Shown one piece after another: positions 9,490 through 19,423 of a stretch of DNA of 56,042 bases (position 1 is its first letter; the number at the start of each line of letters is the position of its first letter). Position numbers and translations under genes: made by a program. The stretch spans positions 1 to 56,042 of the forward strand of contig DATJPQ010000254.1 of assembly GCA_035506315.1 (NCBI GenBank). The letters are read 5' to 3'. Below the pieces are notes generated by a model. The model was not told the DNA's origin. It saw only the letters and a program-made list of their open reading frames with translations, and did not search any database. This DNA comes from Opitutaceae bacterium. GTDB lineage: Bacteria; Verrucomicrobiota; Verrucomicrobiia; Opitutales; Opitutaceae.

Positions 9490-12354
9490 ATGAATACCTC
9501 GGCCCGCGGCTTGGTTGGTTTTTTCCTGGCGTTGGCGGTGGGATTCGGTGCGACCGAATCCGGACTGCGTGAGCGACTCCTGCTGGATCCCGGCTGGCGA
9601 TTCCACCTCGGCAACGAGTGGGGTGCCGGCCAGAACTTGTCGAAAGCCGGCGCGGGCATCGGGCCGGCCAGCGTGGTTTTCAGCGATGCAACCTGGCGGT
9701 GCGTCGATTTGCCGCACGACTGGGCGGTAGAACTGCCGTTCGACTCCCGGGCCGACGGCGGGCACGGGTTCAAGGCGCTCGGCGAGGCCTTCCCGCAAAA
9801 CAGCATCGCCTGGTACCGGCGGACGTTCGAGCTGCCGAAGACCGACGCCGGCCGCCGGCTCTGGCTCGAATTCGACGGCGTGTTTCGCGACTGCACGGTG
9901 TTCGTCAACGGCTGGTTTGTCGGCCATCACGAGAGCGGCTACAGCGGCTGCCGCTACGATATCACCGATGTCGCCAACTGCGGCGGATCGAATGTGGTGG
10001 CAGTGCGGGTCGACGCCACCCAGACCGAAGGCTGGTTCTATGAAGGCGCGGGCATCTACCGGCACGTCTGGCTGGTGAAGACCGCGCCGCTCGCATTTGC
10101 GCCCGATGGCGTGTTCGCGTTCAGCCGTTTTCAGGACAACGTCCCGGAGGGACCGGCCGAGATCCACCTGCAGGCGCGGCTGGCGAACACCCGGAATGCG
10201 CCAGCCGACGCGACGGTGACGTGGACGATCGTGGCCCCGGGCGGCCAGGCGCTCGCGACCGCGCGGCAGACGGCGCGGATCGGCGCCGCCGCGGAAATCG
10301 AGATCGAGCAGACGGCCCGGCTCGATGCGCCGGAATTGTGGTCGCCGGAATCGCCGCGGCTCTACCGGGTTGTCACCACGATCGAGAGCGACGGCCACAC
10401 GATGGATCGCGTCGAGACGCCCCTCGGCATCCGCACGGTCGCCTGCGATCCGGAGAAGGGATTTTTGCTCAACGGCCGGCCCTACGTGCTCAAGGGCACA
10501 TGCAACCACCAGGATCACGCCGGCGTCGGCACGGCGCTGCCGGACCGGCTGCAGGATTTCCGCATCGCGCGGTTGAAGGCGATCGGCGCCAACGCGTATC
10601 GAACCGCCCACAACGCGCCCACGCCCGAGTTGCTCGAGGCCTGCGACCGCCTAGGCATGCTGGTGATGGATGAAAACCGGCTCCTGGGGAGCGACCGGCA
10701 GCATTTGCAGTGGTGCGAGGAGCAGGTGCGACGCGACCGCAACCATCCGAGTGTCGTGATGTGGTCGCTCGCCAATGAGGAATTCGGGGTGCAAGGCACG
10801 CCGGCCGGCGGTCGCGTGGCCGCGTCCATGCAGGCGCTGGTCAAGCGCCTCGATCCCACCCGGCCGGTGACCTACAACGCGCCCGTCGGAAATGAGTTTG
10901 CCGGCATCAACGAGGTCATCGAGGTGCGCGGCTGGAGTTACCACATCGGCGCGGAGAACATGGACGCCTACCACGCGGCGCATCCGCGCCAGCCCAACGT
11001 CGGCAGCGAACAGGGCAGCACGGTCAGTACGCGCGGCATCTACGCGAACGATCCGGCCCGCGGCTATGTGAGCGCGTATGACGACAATGCCACCAGCTGG
11101 TCGAACACCGCCGAGCAATGGTGGAGCTTCTTCGCCCCGCGGCCCTGGCTCGGGGGCGGCTTTGTCTGGACCGGTTTCGACTACCGCGGGGAACCGACAC
11201 CCTACAGCTGGCCGTGCATCAACTCGCACTTCGGAATCCTCGACACCTGCGGTTTTCCGAAGGACAACTTCTGGTACTACCGCGCATGGTGGACCAGCGA
11301 GCCGGTGCTGCACCTGCTGCCCCACTGGAATTGGCCCGGCCGCGAAGGGCAGGAGATCGACGTGCGGGCCTTGAGCAATTGCGAGGAAGTCGAGCTGTGG
11401 CTCAACGGCCAGAGCCTCGGCCGCCAGACCATGCCGCGCAATTCCGAGCTCAAATGGCGGGTCCGGTACGCGCCCGGCGTGCTTGCCGCGAAAGGCTTCA
11501 ACGGCGGGCGCGTCGTGGCCGAGACGAAGGTTGAAACCACGGGAGCTCCCGCAGGCGTGCAACTCACGCCCGACCGTGCGGCGATCGACGCCAACGGCGA
11601 GGATGTCTCGGTCGTGACCGTCGCCATCGCCGACGCCCAGGGTCGCATCGTACCGGGCGCCGGCGACTCCATCGCCTTCGAGCTCGCCGGGCCGGGCCGC
11701 ATTCTCGGCGTTGGCAACGGCGACCCGAGCTGCCACGAACCCGATGTCGTGGTGACGACCGCGCCGCTGCGAACGGTGCCGGTCGCGGATTGGCGCTGGA
11801 AGAAAATCGCCGACCCGTATGCCCCTAATTTGCCCGAGGCCGGAATTCAGTTCGACGACTCGGGCTGGGCGAAGCTGGACGTCAATACGGAGAGCGGTCC
11901 GCTCGGGTTGCACGAAAATGGTGTGCTCCGCGCCCGGTTCACGGTCACGGCGGAGGATCTTGCCTCGCCGGCCGTCGAGTTGTGGTTTGGCAAGATCGAC
12001 GGTGATGGCGCGGTTTACTTGAACGGCCAGCGGATCGGCAAAACGGGCGACCCGCGCGGCGCGTCGATCTACAACGTCAAGGCGCAGCTGCATCCCGGCG
12101 AGAACACGGTCGCCGTGACTCTCGCCAACTACGGTTCGGCCGCGGGCCTGAACCGCGGCGTGTGTCTGCGGTTCCAGGGGAAGCCGGCGCCGGTCTCATG
12201 GCGCCGCAGCGCTTTCAACGGTCTGGCGCAGATCATCGTTCAATCGACCCGCGAAGCCGGCGCGATCCGCCTGACGGCACGGGCCGAGGGGCTGCAGCCC
12301 GCGACGATCACGATTCGCTCCGAGGCGGCCCCGCTCCGGCCCATCGTGCCGTAG
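9490..12354 (+). CDS. GH2 glycoside hydrolase (beta-galactosidase-like), exported
   Basis: Signal peptide MNTSARGLVGFFLALAVGFGATES from ATG 9490. GH2 TIM-barrel motifs NHQDHAG, NAYRTAHN and HPSVVMWSLANEE. Long C-terminal beta-sandwich region. The ORF track's earlier GTG at 9400 would place 30 non-signal residues before the signal peptide. Confidence 0.85.
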   Translation: MNTSARGLVGFFLALAVGFGATESGLRERLLLDPGWRFHLGNEWGAGQNLSKAGAGIGPASVVFSDATWRCVDLPHDWAVELPFDSRADGGHGFKALGEAFPQNSIAWYRRTFELPKTDAGRRLWLEFDGVFRDCTVFVNGWFVGHHESGYSGCRYDITDVANCGGSNVVAVRVDATQTEGWFYEGAGIYRHVWLVKTAPLAFAPDGVFAFSRFQDNVPEGPAEIHLQARLANTRNAPADATVTWTIVAPGGQALATARQTARIGAAAEIEIEQTARLDAPELWSPESPRLYRVVTTIESDGHTMDRVETPLGIRTVACDPEKGFLLNGRPYVLKGTCNHQDHAGVGTALPDRLQDFRIARLKAIGANAYRTAHNAPTPELLEACDRLGMLVMDENRLLGSDRQHLQWCEEQVRRDRNHPSVVMWSLANEEFGVQGTPAGGRVAASMQALVKRLDPTRPVTYNAPVGNEFAGINEVIEVRGWSYHIGAENMDAYHAAHPRQPNVGSEQGSTVSTRGIYANDPARGYVSAYDDNATSWSNTAEQWWSFFAPRPWLGGGFVWTGFDYRGEPTPYSWPCINSHFGILDTCGFPKDNFWYYRAWWTSEPVLHLLPHWNWPGREGQEIDVRALSNCEEVELWLNGQSLGRQTMPRNSELKWRVRYAPGVLAAKGFNGGRVVAETKVETTGAPAGVQLTPDRAAIDANGEDVSVVTVAIADAQGRIVPGAGDSIAFELAGPGRILGVGNGDPSCHEPDVVVTTAPLRTVPVADWRWKKIADPYAPNLPEAGIQFDDSGWAKLDVNTESGPLGLHENGVLRARFTVTAEDLASPAVELWFGKIDGDGAVYLNGQRIGKTGDPRGASIYNVKAQLHPGENTVAVTLANYGSAAGLNRGVCLRFQGKPAPVSWRRSAFNGLAQIIVQSTREAGAIRLTARAEGLQPATITIRSEAAPLRPIVP

Positions 12355-12415
12355 GCCGCCGGTCGATTGCACGAACCGTTGCCACTCCCACCTCAACGTT
12401 CCTCCAAGTTTTTCC

Positions 12416-14023
12416 ATGTATAAGCACATTCTTGCCCTCTTGTTGCTGGCTCCCCTGGGCCTGCGGGCCCAGCCGGCCCCGGCCGCGCGCGTCATCGATG
12501 CCGACCTGGCGAACGCCCGCGGTGCAACCAGCCGCATGTACAACTTTTGCGTCGGCGCGGGGCGCGCCAACGAGGGGCTGCGGGCCGACTGGCAGCGGCA
12601 ACTGCGTCGCGTCCGCGCCGAGTGCGGTTTCCGCTACATCCGCTTTCACGGACTTTTTTGCGACGACATGGGCGTCTACCAGGAGGACAAGCAGGGCCGG
12701 CCCATCTACAACTGGCAGTATGTGGATGAGCTTTTCGATTTTCTCCAGGGCATCGGGATGAAGCCCTTCGTGGAGCTCGGCTTCATGCCCAGGGCGCTCG
12801 CGAGCGGCAAGTCCACGATCTTCTGGTACAAGGCCAACGTCACCCCGCCCAAGGACTATGCGAAATGGGAGGCCTTCATCGCCGCGTTCGTGCATCATGT
12901 CACGGAGCGTTATGGCCCACCGGAGGTGCGCAGCTGGTACTTTGAAGTCTGGAACGAACCGAATCTGTCCGGCTTTTGGATGGGCACGACCGGCGGCAAG
13001 AGCGACGCGGAGTTCGCCCCGATCGCCCGGGCCGAATATTACAAGCTCTACGCCACCACGGCGCGTGCCGTGAAATCGGTCGACGCCGCCTACCGGGTGG
13101 GCGGACCCGCCACTGCGGGCAGCGGCTGGATCGATGAGACCCTGGCCTATTGCACGGAGCAGGGATTGCCGCTCGATTTCGTCAGTACGCACAGCTATGC
13201 GACGAGCAGCGGCTACCTCGACGAGAACGGCAGCGCCGGCACGGTTTTCTCGCCCGACCGCAACGCCATCACGGCCGAGGTGAAGGGGGTGCGCGCCCGG
13301 ATGGATCGCTCCGCCTTCGCCAAGGCTGAACTACACTACACCGAGTGGAGTTCCTCCTACACGCCGTCCGATCCCATCCACGACAGCTACCACAGCGCGG
13401 CCTTCATTCTCGACAAGATCCGGAACATCGGGACCGCCGCCACCTCGATGTCGTATTGGACTTTCACCGACATCTTCGAGGAGGCCGGCCCGCGCGTGAC
13501 CCCGTTCCACGGGGGCTTTGGCCTGCTCAACTACCAGGACCTGCCGAAGCCCGCCTTTTTCGCCTACCAGTTCCTCCACCGTCTGGGGGACGTCGAACTG
13601 GGCTGTGCGGATCCTGCGGCCCTGGTCTGCCGGGATGCCGCCGGCGGAGTCCAGGCGCTCTTCTGGGATTTCACGATCACACATCCGGGACCTTCCGTCA
13701 TCGATCAGGAATACTACCAGGCCGATCATCCGGCTCGGGCGAAGGACCCGGTCGAGCTGCGGCTGGCCCATGTCGCGGCCGGGACGTATCGTCTGCTGGC
13801 CTACAAGGTCGGCTACCGGGCCAACGACGTGCAATCGGCCTGGCGCGATCTGGGGTCTCCCGCCCAGCTGACCCGCGCGCAGGTCGGGATTTTGCGCCAG
13901 GCGTCCTCCGGCGCGCCCTGCCTCGATGAGCAGGTGCAAATCGGCACCGACGCGTCTTTCCGGCGCAGTTTCGCCATGCGCGAGAACGACGTCTGGCTCG
14001 TCGAACTGCGTCCGCTGCGGTAG
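12416..14023 (+). CDS. GH39 glycoside hydrolase (beta-xylosidase / alpha-L-iduronidase family), exported
   Basis: Signal peptide MYKHILALLLLAPLGLRAQ. GH39 acid/base motif WYFEVWNEPN and LHYTEWSSSY around the expected nucleophile. Confidence 0.8.
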   Translation: MYKHILALLLLAPLGLRAQPAPAARVIDADLANARGATSRMYNFCVGAGRANEGLRADWQRQLRRVRAECGFRYIRFHGLFCDDMGVYQEDKQGRPIYNWQYVDELFDFLQGIGMKPFVELGFMPRALASGKSTIFWYKANVTPPKDYAKWEAFIAAFVHHVTERYGPPEVRSWYFEVWNEPNLSGFWMGTTGGKSDAEFAPIARAEYYKLYATTARAVKSVDAAYRVGGPATAGSGWIDETLAYCTEQGLPLDFVSTHSYATSSGYLDENGSAGTVFSPDRNAITAEVKGVRARMDRSAFAKAELHYTEWSSSYTPSDPIHDSYHSAAFILDKIRNIGTAATSMSYWTFTDIFEEAGPRVTPFHGGFGLLNYQDLPKPAFFAYQFLHRLGDVELGCADPAALVCRDAAGGVQALFWDFTITHPGPSVIDQEYYQADHPARAKDPVELRLAHVAAGTYRLLAYKVGYRANDVQSAWRDLGSPAQLTRAQVGILRQASSGAPCLDEQVQIGTDASFRRSFAMRENDVWLVELRPLR

Positions 14024-14051
14024 GTGGAATCGCTTGACCCCAAGCGTTTCA

Positions 14052-14073
14052 AGCGCGTTGAGGTCAACGCGCT
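14052..14073. terminator. Hairpin between convergent GH39 and GH94-A genes (candidate bidirectional terminator)
   Basis: Perfect 9-bp stem AGCGCGTTG/CAACGCGCT with a 4-nt loop. A second imperfect hairpin lies just upstream (~14027-14050). No clear U-run. Confidence 0.45.
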
Positions 14074-14137
14074 CCACCTTCAAGATTCCAACCCGGAACG
14101 CGAAACTCGGAACCCGGAACTTTGCGCGCCGCCGCGC

Positions 14138-16531
14138 TCAGCCGAGCACGGCGACGATCACGGAGCCGTCACGGAGCTGGTCGACCGGTACGAAGTTGCC
14201 GGCGAGCGGGCGGCCATCGAGGGTGAGCGACTTCACGCCGCGGCAAACGTGCCGCGGGTTCCGCACCTCGACGTGGAGCGTCAGTCCACGGAAGACGCGC
14301 CGCATGGTGAAGCCGCTCCACTTCTTCGGAAGGCAGGGGTCGATGCGGAGGCCGTCGATCTCGGGTTTGACGCCAAGGATCCACTGTAACGCGGTGTGCT
14401 GGCTCCAGGAAACCGTGCCGGAGAGCCAGTGGACGCGCGACTTGCCAGCGTTGCGGTTGCAGGTGGCGTAGGTTGTCTGGCAGTGGACGTACGGTTCGAT
14501 CTCGCGCAGCTCGGCGCGATCGTTGTAGGCCGCGGGCAGGAAGGCTCGGTAGTACTCGTAGGCCTGGTTGCCGTGGCCGAGCAGACACTCGGCGATGACG
14601 GCCCAGCTTTGCGTGTGGCAGAAGATCCCGGCGTTTTCCTTGATGCCGTGGTTGTAGACCACGCCGCCCATGACGGTGGGCGGAGTGTTCGTGAAGGGCG
14701 GAGCGCTGAGCATGATGCCGTACGGCGTGGCGCAATATTTCTTGAGCCACTTCATGGCGCTGCGGCCCTGCGCGGGCGTCGCGGCGCCGCTGATCACGGC
14801 CCACACCTGGGTGTTGATGTAAACCTTGCCCTCCTTCTCCTGCTGCGAGCCGTAGCGATGGCCGTCCTCGCCGATCGCCCAGAGGAACCACCGGCCGTCC
14901 CAGGCCGCCCGCTGGATGGCGGCCTCGAGTTTCGCCAGCTCGGTCCGCGCCCACGCGGCTTCCGCGGGCAGGGCGAGGCGGTCGGCGATTTTTGCGTAGG
15001 TCTCCAGGCCGTAGCGCACCTGGAAGGCGACCATCACGGATTCGCCGTGGTAGCCCATCTTGACGCAGTCGTTCCAGTCGGCCCGCAGGCCGCAGGGCAG
15101 TCCATTCTTGCCGGAACGCTCGAGGTTGAATTCGAGGGCGCGGCGCAAGTGGCCGAGCACTGTCGCTTCGCCCCGGTCGGCGAACGGCAGCACCTTCCGA
15201 TAGAAATCGAGGTCGCCCGTCTCGGCGACATAATCGGGCACGGCATTGAAGAACCACTGGCAATCGTCGCTGCGATATTCGTCGTCGCGCGGCGCCGGCT
15301 CCGCGCCGGGGTGGTGGCTGAACGGCTTGATGACGGGGATCGCGCCCCCGTTGGCGACCTGGCCGGTGAGCATGAGCTCAAGGCGTTCGCGGATGCCCTC
15401 CTTGAGGAGCGGCATGGCGCCGAGGAAATCCTGCACGGTGTCGCGGAACCCGAGGCCGTCGCGTTCGCCGTTGTAGATCATGGAGGCGTGTCGCGACCAG
15501 GCGTAGGTGATGAGAGAATTGTAGGCGCCCCAGATGTTGGTCATCGAGTCGAATTCCGGATCGGGCGTCTGCACGCGGACCGACTCGAGCAGGCCATGCC
15601 AGTGCTGCATGAGCTTCTGAAGCTCCGCCTCGCAACGCGCAGGGCTGGCAAATTTCTTCACGGCGCGCCGCCCGTGAATTTCCGGCAGGCCGACGCCGAG
15701 CAGCACGATCAGTTCGCGCGTCTCGCCAGGCCGGAGGGAAAGATCGGCCTGGAACGTGCCGCAGCCGTTTTCACCCTCAGCGAGGAAGTTCGAGCACCGG
15801 CCGCGCGCGACCGCCTCGGGGTTGGCGTAGGTGTGGTAGATATCGCCGAAGAAACGCTCGCGTACCGTCTCGTAGCCCGCCACCGGCGCGCCGGTCAACG
15901 CCATCCACGACCGACCGCTGTCTTCGAGCTGATCGGGATCGACCTTGATGTACGGGTGCGAGGCCATCCCGAGAATGCCGTCGGGCGTGACGTGGGCCTT
16001 GATGATGAATTGCGAGTACTGGAGGTTGTAGAGGTCGTTCGGCATGTTCCAGCAGTTCGCGAACTCGCAGTAGGTGAAGACCGAAAGCTTGCGGAGCCGC
16101 TTCGACCGGTTGGTAACCCGGAGGCGCCAGTATTCGAAGTGCTCGCCGAGCGGCACGAAGTAGGTCGATTCCGTCGCGATGCCGGCATAGCTCGAATCGA
16201 TGATCGAGTAGGCGGTGCCATGCCGGCAGGTGCTCCGGTATTGGCTGAGCGGTTTGCCGACCGGCTGCCACGACGAAGACCAGTAGTCGCCGTTCGCGTT
16301 GTCGCGGAGGTAGAAATAGCGGCCGGGCTGGTCGGCGGGCACGGAGTTGGACCGGCTGCGCAGGAAGCGGCTGTTCATGGCGCTGCGGTAGAAGCTGTAG
16401 CCGCCGGCATTGTTGGTGATGAGCGCGCCGTACTCGACCGAGCCGAGATAATTGGCCCACGGGCGGGGCGTGTCGGGACGCGTGATGACGTACTCCTTGG
16501 CGGGATCGTCGAAGTGGCCGTAGGTTGCCAT
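14138..16531 (-). CDS. GH94 glycoside phosphorylase, paralogue A (cellobiose/cellodextrin/chitobiose phosphorylase family)
   Basis: 797 aa. N-terminus MATYGHFDDPAKEYVITRPDTPRPWANYLG. Catalytic-Asp region GLRADWNDC. No signal peptide. About 70% identical by eye to paralogue C over the first 100 residues. Confidence 0.85.
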   Translation of the reverse strand: MATYGHFDDPAKEYVITRPDTPRPWANYLGSVEYGALITNNAGGYSFYRSAMNSRFLRSRSNSVPADQPGRYFYLRDNANGDYWSSSWQPVGKPLSQYRSTCRHGTAYSIIDSSYAGIATESTYFVPLGEHFEYWRLRVTNRSKRLRKLSVFTYCEFANCWNMPNDLYNLQYSQFIIKAHVTPDGILGMASHPYIKVDPDQLEDSGRSWMALTGAPVAGYETVRERFFGDIYHTYANPEAVARGRCSNFLAEGENGCGTFQADLSLRPGETRELIVLLGVGLPEIHGRRAVKKFASPARCEAELQKLMQHWHGLLESVRVQTPDPEFDSMTNIWGAYNSLITYAWSRHASMIYNGERDGLGFRDTVQDFLGAMPLLKEGIRERLELMLTGQVANGGAIPVIKPFSHHPGAEPAPRDDEYRSDDCQWFFNAVPDYVAETGDLDFYRKVLPFADRGEATVLGHLRRALEFNLERSGKNGLPCGLRADWNDCVKMGYHGESVMVAFQVRYGLETYAKIADRLALPAEAAWARTELAKLEAAIQRAAWDGRWFLWAIGEDGHRYGSQQEKEGKVYINTQVWAVISGAATPAQGRSAMKWLKKYCATPYGIMLSAPPFTNTPPTVMGGVVYNHGIKENAGIFCHTQSWAVIAECLLGHGNQAYEYYRAFLPAAYNDRAELREIEPYVHCQTTYATCNRNAGKSRVHWLSGTVSWSQHTALQWILGVKPEIDGLRIDPCLPKKWSGFTMRRVFRGLTLHVEVRNPRHVCRGVKSLTLDGRPLAGNFVPVDQLRDGSVIVAVLG

Positions 16532-16660
16532 AAATTTGTCGTGTTAGCACTTATTCGGGAAATCCCGCGCGAAAGGCGCAAGATTCAGAAATCCGAAATC
16601 CGAAACTCGAAATCCGAAACAAGTTAAAAATTCGAATGCGGAAATATTCCGCCGAAACAA
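16532..16660 (-). promoter_or_regulatory. Truncated copy of the conserved GH94 leader (right arm + proximal box only)
   Basis: In mRNA sense: gaatatttccgcattcgaatttttaacttgtttcggatttcgagtttcggatttcggattt...gcgggatttcccgaataagtgctaacacgacaaatttATG. This is nearly identical to the last ~130 nt upstream of GH94-C. The left inverted-repeat arm is absent. Confidence 0.55.
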
Positions 16661-16761
16661 TTCAGTTGAGCTGCAAATGAGCAGGAGGTTTTACCGCGAA
16701 GCAGCGAAGGAGCGTGAAGATCGGAGTAGCGGCGATTAGCGTTAATTGGCGGTTTCCAGCC

Positions 16762-19212
16762 TCAGGCGCCGAGCGTGGCGACGACCTGGACGGCGGTGCG
16801 GCCGTCGGTCGGGAGCGGGATGACGTTGCCGGGGATCTTCACGCCGTCGACGACGAGGGAGCGGAGGCCCTTCGATTTCGCCTTCGGGTTCTTCACCTCG
16901 ATGGTATAGGTGACGCCGCGGAATTTGCGGGTGACCGTGAAGCCCGGCCATTTTTTCGGAATGCACGGATCGATGCGCAGACCGGTGAAGTCGGGCTGGA
17001 GGCCGAGGATGTACTGGCTGGCGACCACAAAGGACCAGGCGGCCGTGCCGGTAAGCCAGGAGTTCTTCCCCTCGCCGGGAGTCGGGGAGAACTGCGACGC
17101 CGTCATCTGGGCATAGACGTAGGGCTCGCTGCGGTAGACGTCGTGGTCCCGCTTGGCCGACGGGCAGATGCTCAGGTAATACTCGAGCGCCTTCTCGCCT
17201 TCGCCAAACATCGTCCACCCGATGTGGATCCAGGTGTTGTTGTGCGAGAACACGCCGGCGTTTTCCTTGTAACCCGGCGGGTAGCTGGAGACCTCACCCA
17301 GTTCGAGGTGGTATTCCGAATAGGGCGGATATTGCAGGGCGCAGCCGAGACCGGGCGCATAGAGCAGCCGGTCGACGGCCTGCAGGGCCTTTTTCGCACG
17401 GCCGTTGTTCCGGCCGGCGCCGCCCAGGACGCACCACGCCTGGCTCTCGATGTAGAGTTTCCCCTCCAGGCATTCCTTCGAGCCGATGGGGCGGCTCGCG
17501 GCGTCGAACGCGCGCTGGTACCAGGCACCGTCCCACGCCTGCGTCTCGATCGTGTCGAGCATGGTGGCGTAATGGCCGTCGAGGCGCTTGGCGTCGTCCT
17601 CGCGCCGGAGAAACCGGTAGAGTGCGGCGAGATCGCGCGCGGCGTAGAGGAACAGCCCGGCGATCATGACCGATTCCGCCACGTCGCCCTTGCCGGCGTT
17701 GGCGGTGGTCTGGAAGGACTCGTTGGGTTGCGAGGAAAAACAGTTGAGGTTGAGGCAATCGTTCCAGTCGGCCCGGCCGATGAGCGGCAGGCCGTGCGGG
17801 CCGCGATGGCGCAGCGTGTAGCCGACGGAGATTTCGAGATGGTCCAGCAGCGTGTGCTTCGAACCGGGGACGTCGGCGCAGCCGATTGGTTCGTCGAGGA
17901 TGGTCGCGTCGCCCGTCTCGCGGACGTAGGCGCAGGTCGCGAGGATGAGCCAGAGCGGATCGTCGTTGAAGCCGCTGCCCGCATCAGCGTTGCCCTTTTT
18001 CGTCAGCGGCTGGTACTGGTGGTAGCAGGTGCCGTCGGCCAGCTGCGTGGCGGCGATGTCGAGGAGGCGCTGGCGGGCGCGTCCGGGCAGCAGATGGACA
18101 AAGCCGAGCAGGTCCTGGTTGGAATCGCGGAAGCCCATGCCGCGGCCGATGCCCGTCTCGTAACCCGAGGTGGAGCGCGACAGGTTGAACGTCGCCATGA
18201 CCTGGACCTGGTTCCAGGTATTGACCATGCGGCGCAGATGTTCGTTGGGCACCTTGGGCGCCTGGTAGATGGAGAGCAGGTCCTCCCACCGGCGTTGCAG
18301 CGCGGCGAACGCGGCGTCGACCGCCGCGAGATCGGAGAATTTCGCGAGGATGTCGCGGCCCTTCGTCTTGTTCATCACGAACGGCGCGTCGAACTTGGGC
18401 CGGTCGCCCTGTTCGACGTAGGCGAGGACGAACGCGAAGGTTTCCCCGGCGCCGGGCTGGAGGGTGAGGTTGATCTGGTGGGCACCGACGGGATTCCAGC
18501 CGTACGCGCGGCTGTTGGTGCAGCGGCCGGCGAGCACGGCCTCAGGATCGTGCAGGCCGTGGTGGACGCCGACAAAGGCGTCGCGTGAGGTGTCGTAACC
18601 GTCGATCTTCCGCGTGCAGCCGAAGAGCGTGTAGTGGTCCCGACGCTCCCGATACTCGGTCTTGTGGTAGATCGCGCTGCCCTCGATCTCGACTTCGCCG
18701 ATCGAGTAGGTGCGCTGGTAGTTCGTCATGTCGTTCAGCGCTTCGAAAAAGCAGAACTCGACGAACGAAAAGAGCGTAAGTTTCTGCGGCCGCTTCGTCC
18801 GATTGCGCACGGAGACCTTCCAGACCTCGAGGTTCTCGTCCGGCGGCACGAACATGAGTTGTTCGACCTCGATGCCGTCCTTGCGGCCGGTGATGCGCGA
18901 ATAGCCGAGGCCGTGGCGGCACTCATAGGCGTCGAGCTTCGTGCGCACCGGTTTCCACCCGGGATTCCAGATGGTCCGACCCTGTTTCACATAGAGGAAA
19001 CGGCCGTCGCCATCCATCGGGTTGTTGTTGTACCGATACCGCGTGAGACGGCGGAGGCGGGCGTCCTTCCAGAATGTGTAGCCGCCGGCCGTCTGCGAGC
19101 AGAGGCCGAAGAAATCGTCCTGGCCCAGCATGTTGAGCCAGGGCAGGGGAGTGTCGGGGCGGGTGATGACGTATTCGCGGTGGGCGTCGTCGAAATGACC
19201 GTAGGTTGCCAT
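16762..19212 (-). CDS. GH94 glycoside phosphorylase, paralogue B (divergent)
   Basis: 816 aa. N-terminus MATYGHFDDAHREYVITRPDTPLPWLNMLG. Catalytic-Asp region IGRADWNDC. No signal peptide. Clearly more divergent from A and C than they are from each other. Confidence 0.85.
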   Translation of the reverse strand: MATYGHFDDAHREYVITRPDTPLPWLNMLGQDDFFGLCSQTAGGYTFWKDARLRRLTRYRYNNNPMDGDGRFLYVKQGRTIWNPGWKPVRTKLDAYECRHGLGYSRITGRKDGIEVEQLMFVPPDENLEVWKVSVRNRTKRPQKLTLFSFVEFCFFEALNDMTNYQRTYSIGEVEIEGSAIYHKTEYRERRDHYTLFGCTRKIDGYDTSRDAFVGVHHGLHDPEAVLAGRCTNSRAYGWNPVGAHQINLTLQPGAGETFAFVLAYVEQGDRPKFDAPFVMNKTKGRDILAKFSDLAAVDAAFAALQRRWEDLLSIYQAPKVPNEHLRRMVNTWNQVQVMATFNLSRSTSGYETGIGRGMGFRDSNQDLLGFVHLLPGRARQRLLDIAATQLADGTCYHQYQPLTKKGNADAGSGFNDDPLWLILATCAYVRETGDATILDEPIGCADVPGSKHTLLDHLEISVGYTLRHRGPHGLPLIGRADWNDCLNLNCFSSQPNESFQTTANAGKGDVAESVMIAGLFLYAARDLAALYRFLRREDDAKRLDGHYATMLDTIETQAWDGAWYQRAFDAASRPIGSKECLEGKLYIESQAWCVLGGAGRNNGRAKKALQAVDRLLYAPGLGCALQYPPYSEYHLELGEVSSYPPGYKENAGVFSHNNTWIHIGWTMFGEGEKALEYYLSICPSAKRDHDVYRSEPYVYAQMTASQFSPTPGEGKNSWLTGTAAWSFVVASQYILGLQPDFTGLRIDPCIPKKWPGFTVTRKFRGVTYTIEVKNPKAKSKGLRSLVVDGVKIPGNVIPLPTDGRTAVQVVATLGA

Positions 19213-19423
19213 AAATAGATCGTGTTAATCAGTTCTGCGGGAATTCCCGAGCAAAAGGTGCAACATTTTGAAATCCGAAATCCGAATATCGAAATCCGAA
19301 ACAAATCGAAAATCCGAATGCCGGGAAAAATCCAAACGGCCGCCGCCCAGACTGCTGTTTTTTGAGCTTTCCACTTTCAATTTGTTTCGGATTTCGAGAT
19401 TCGGATTTCCCGGCGAAACCGGG
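19213..19423 (-). promoter_or_regulatory. Conserved ~210-nt structured leader / intercistronic inverted-repeat element upstream of GH94-B
   Basis: It starts directly after the stop codon (19424-19426) of the upstream gene with the hairpin cccggtttcgccggg (19409-19423). Arms built from tcggattt/cgaaatcc words follow (19381-19411 and 19270-19320). Next come a GGGAATTCCC palindrome and ctgattaacacgatctatttATG. It is collinear with 27598-27808. Confidence 0.6.

Noticed and set aside
19268-19411. The repetitive ggatttcg/cgaaatcc strings, also at 16585-16620 and 27610-27758, as a possible CRISPR array.
   Set aside because: The period is only ~8-9 nt with no unique spacers. The arrays are arranged as inverted arms, and no cas genes are present. 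They are better explained as hairpin-forming leader or REP-like repeats.
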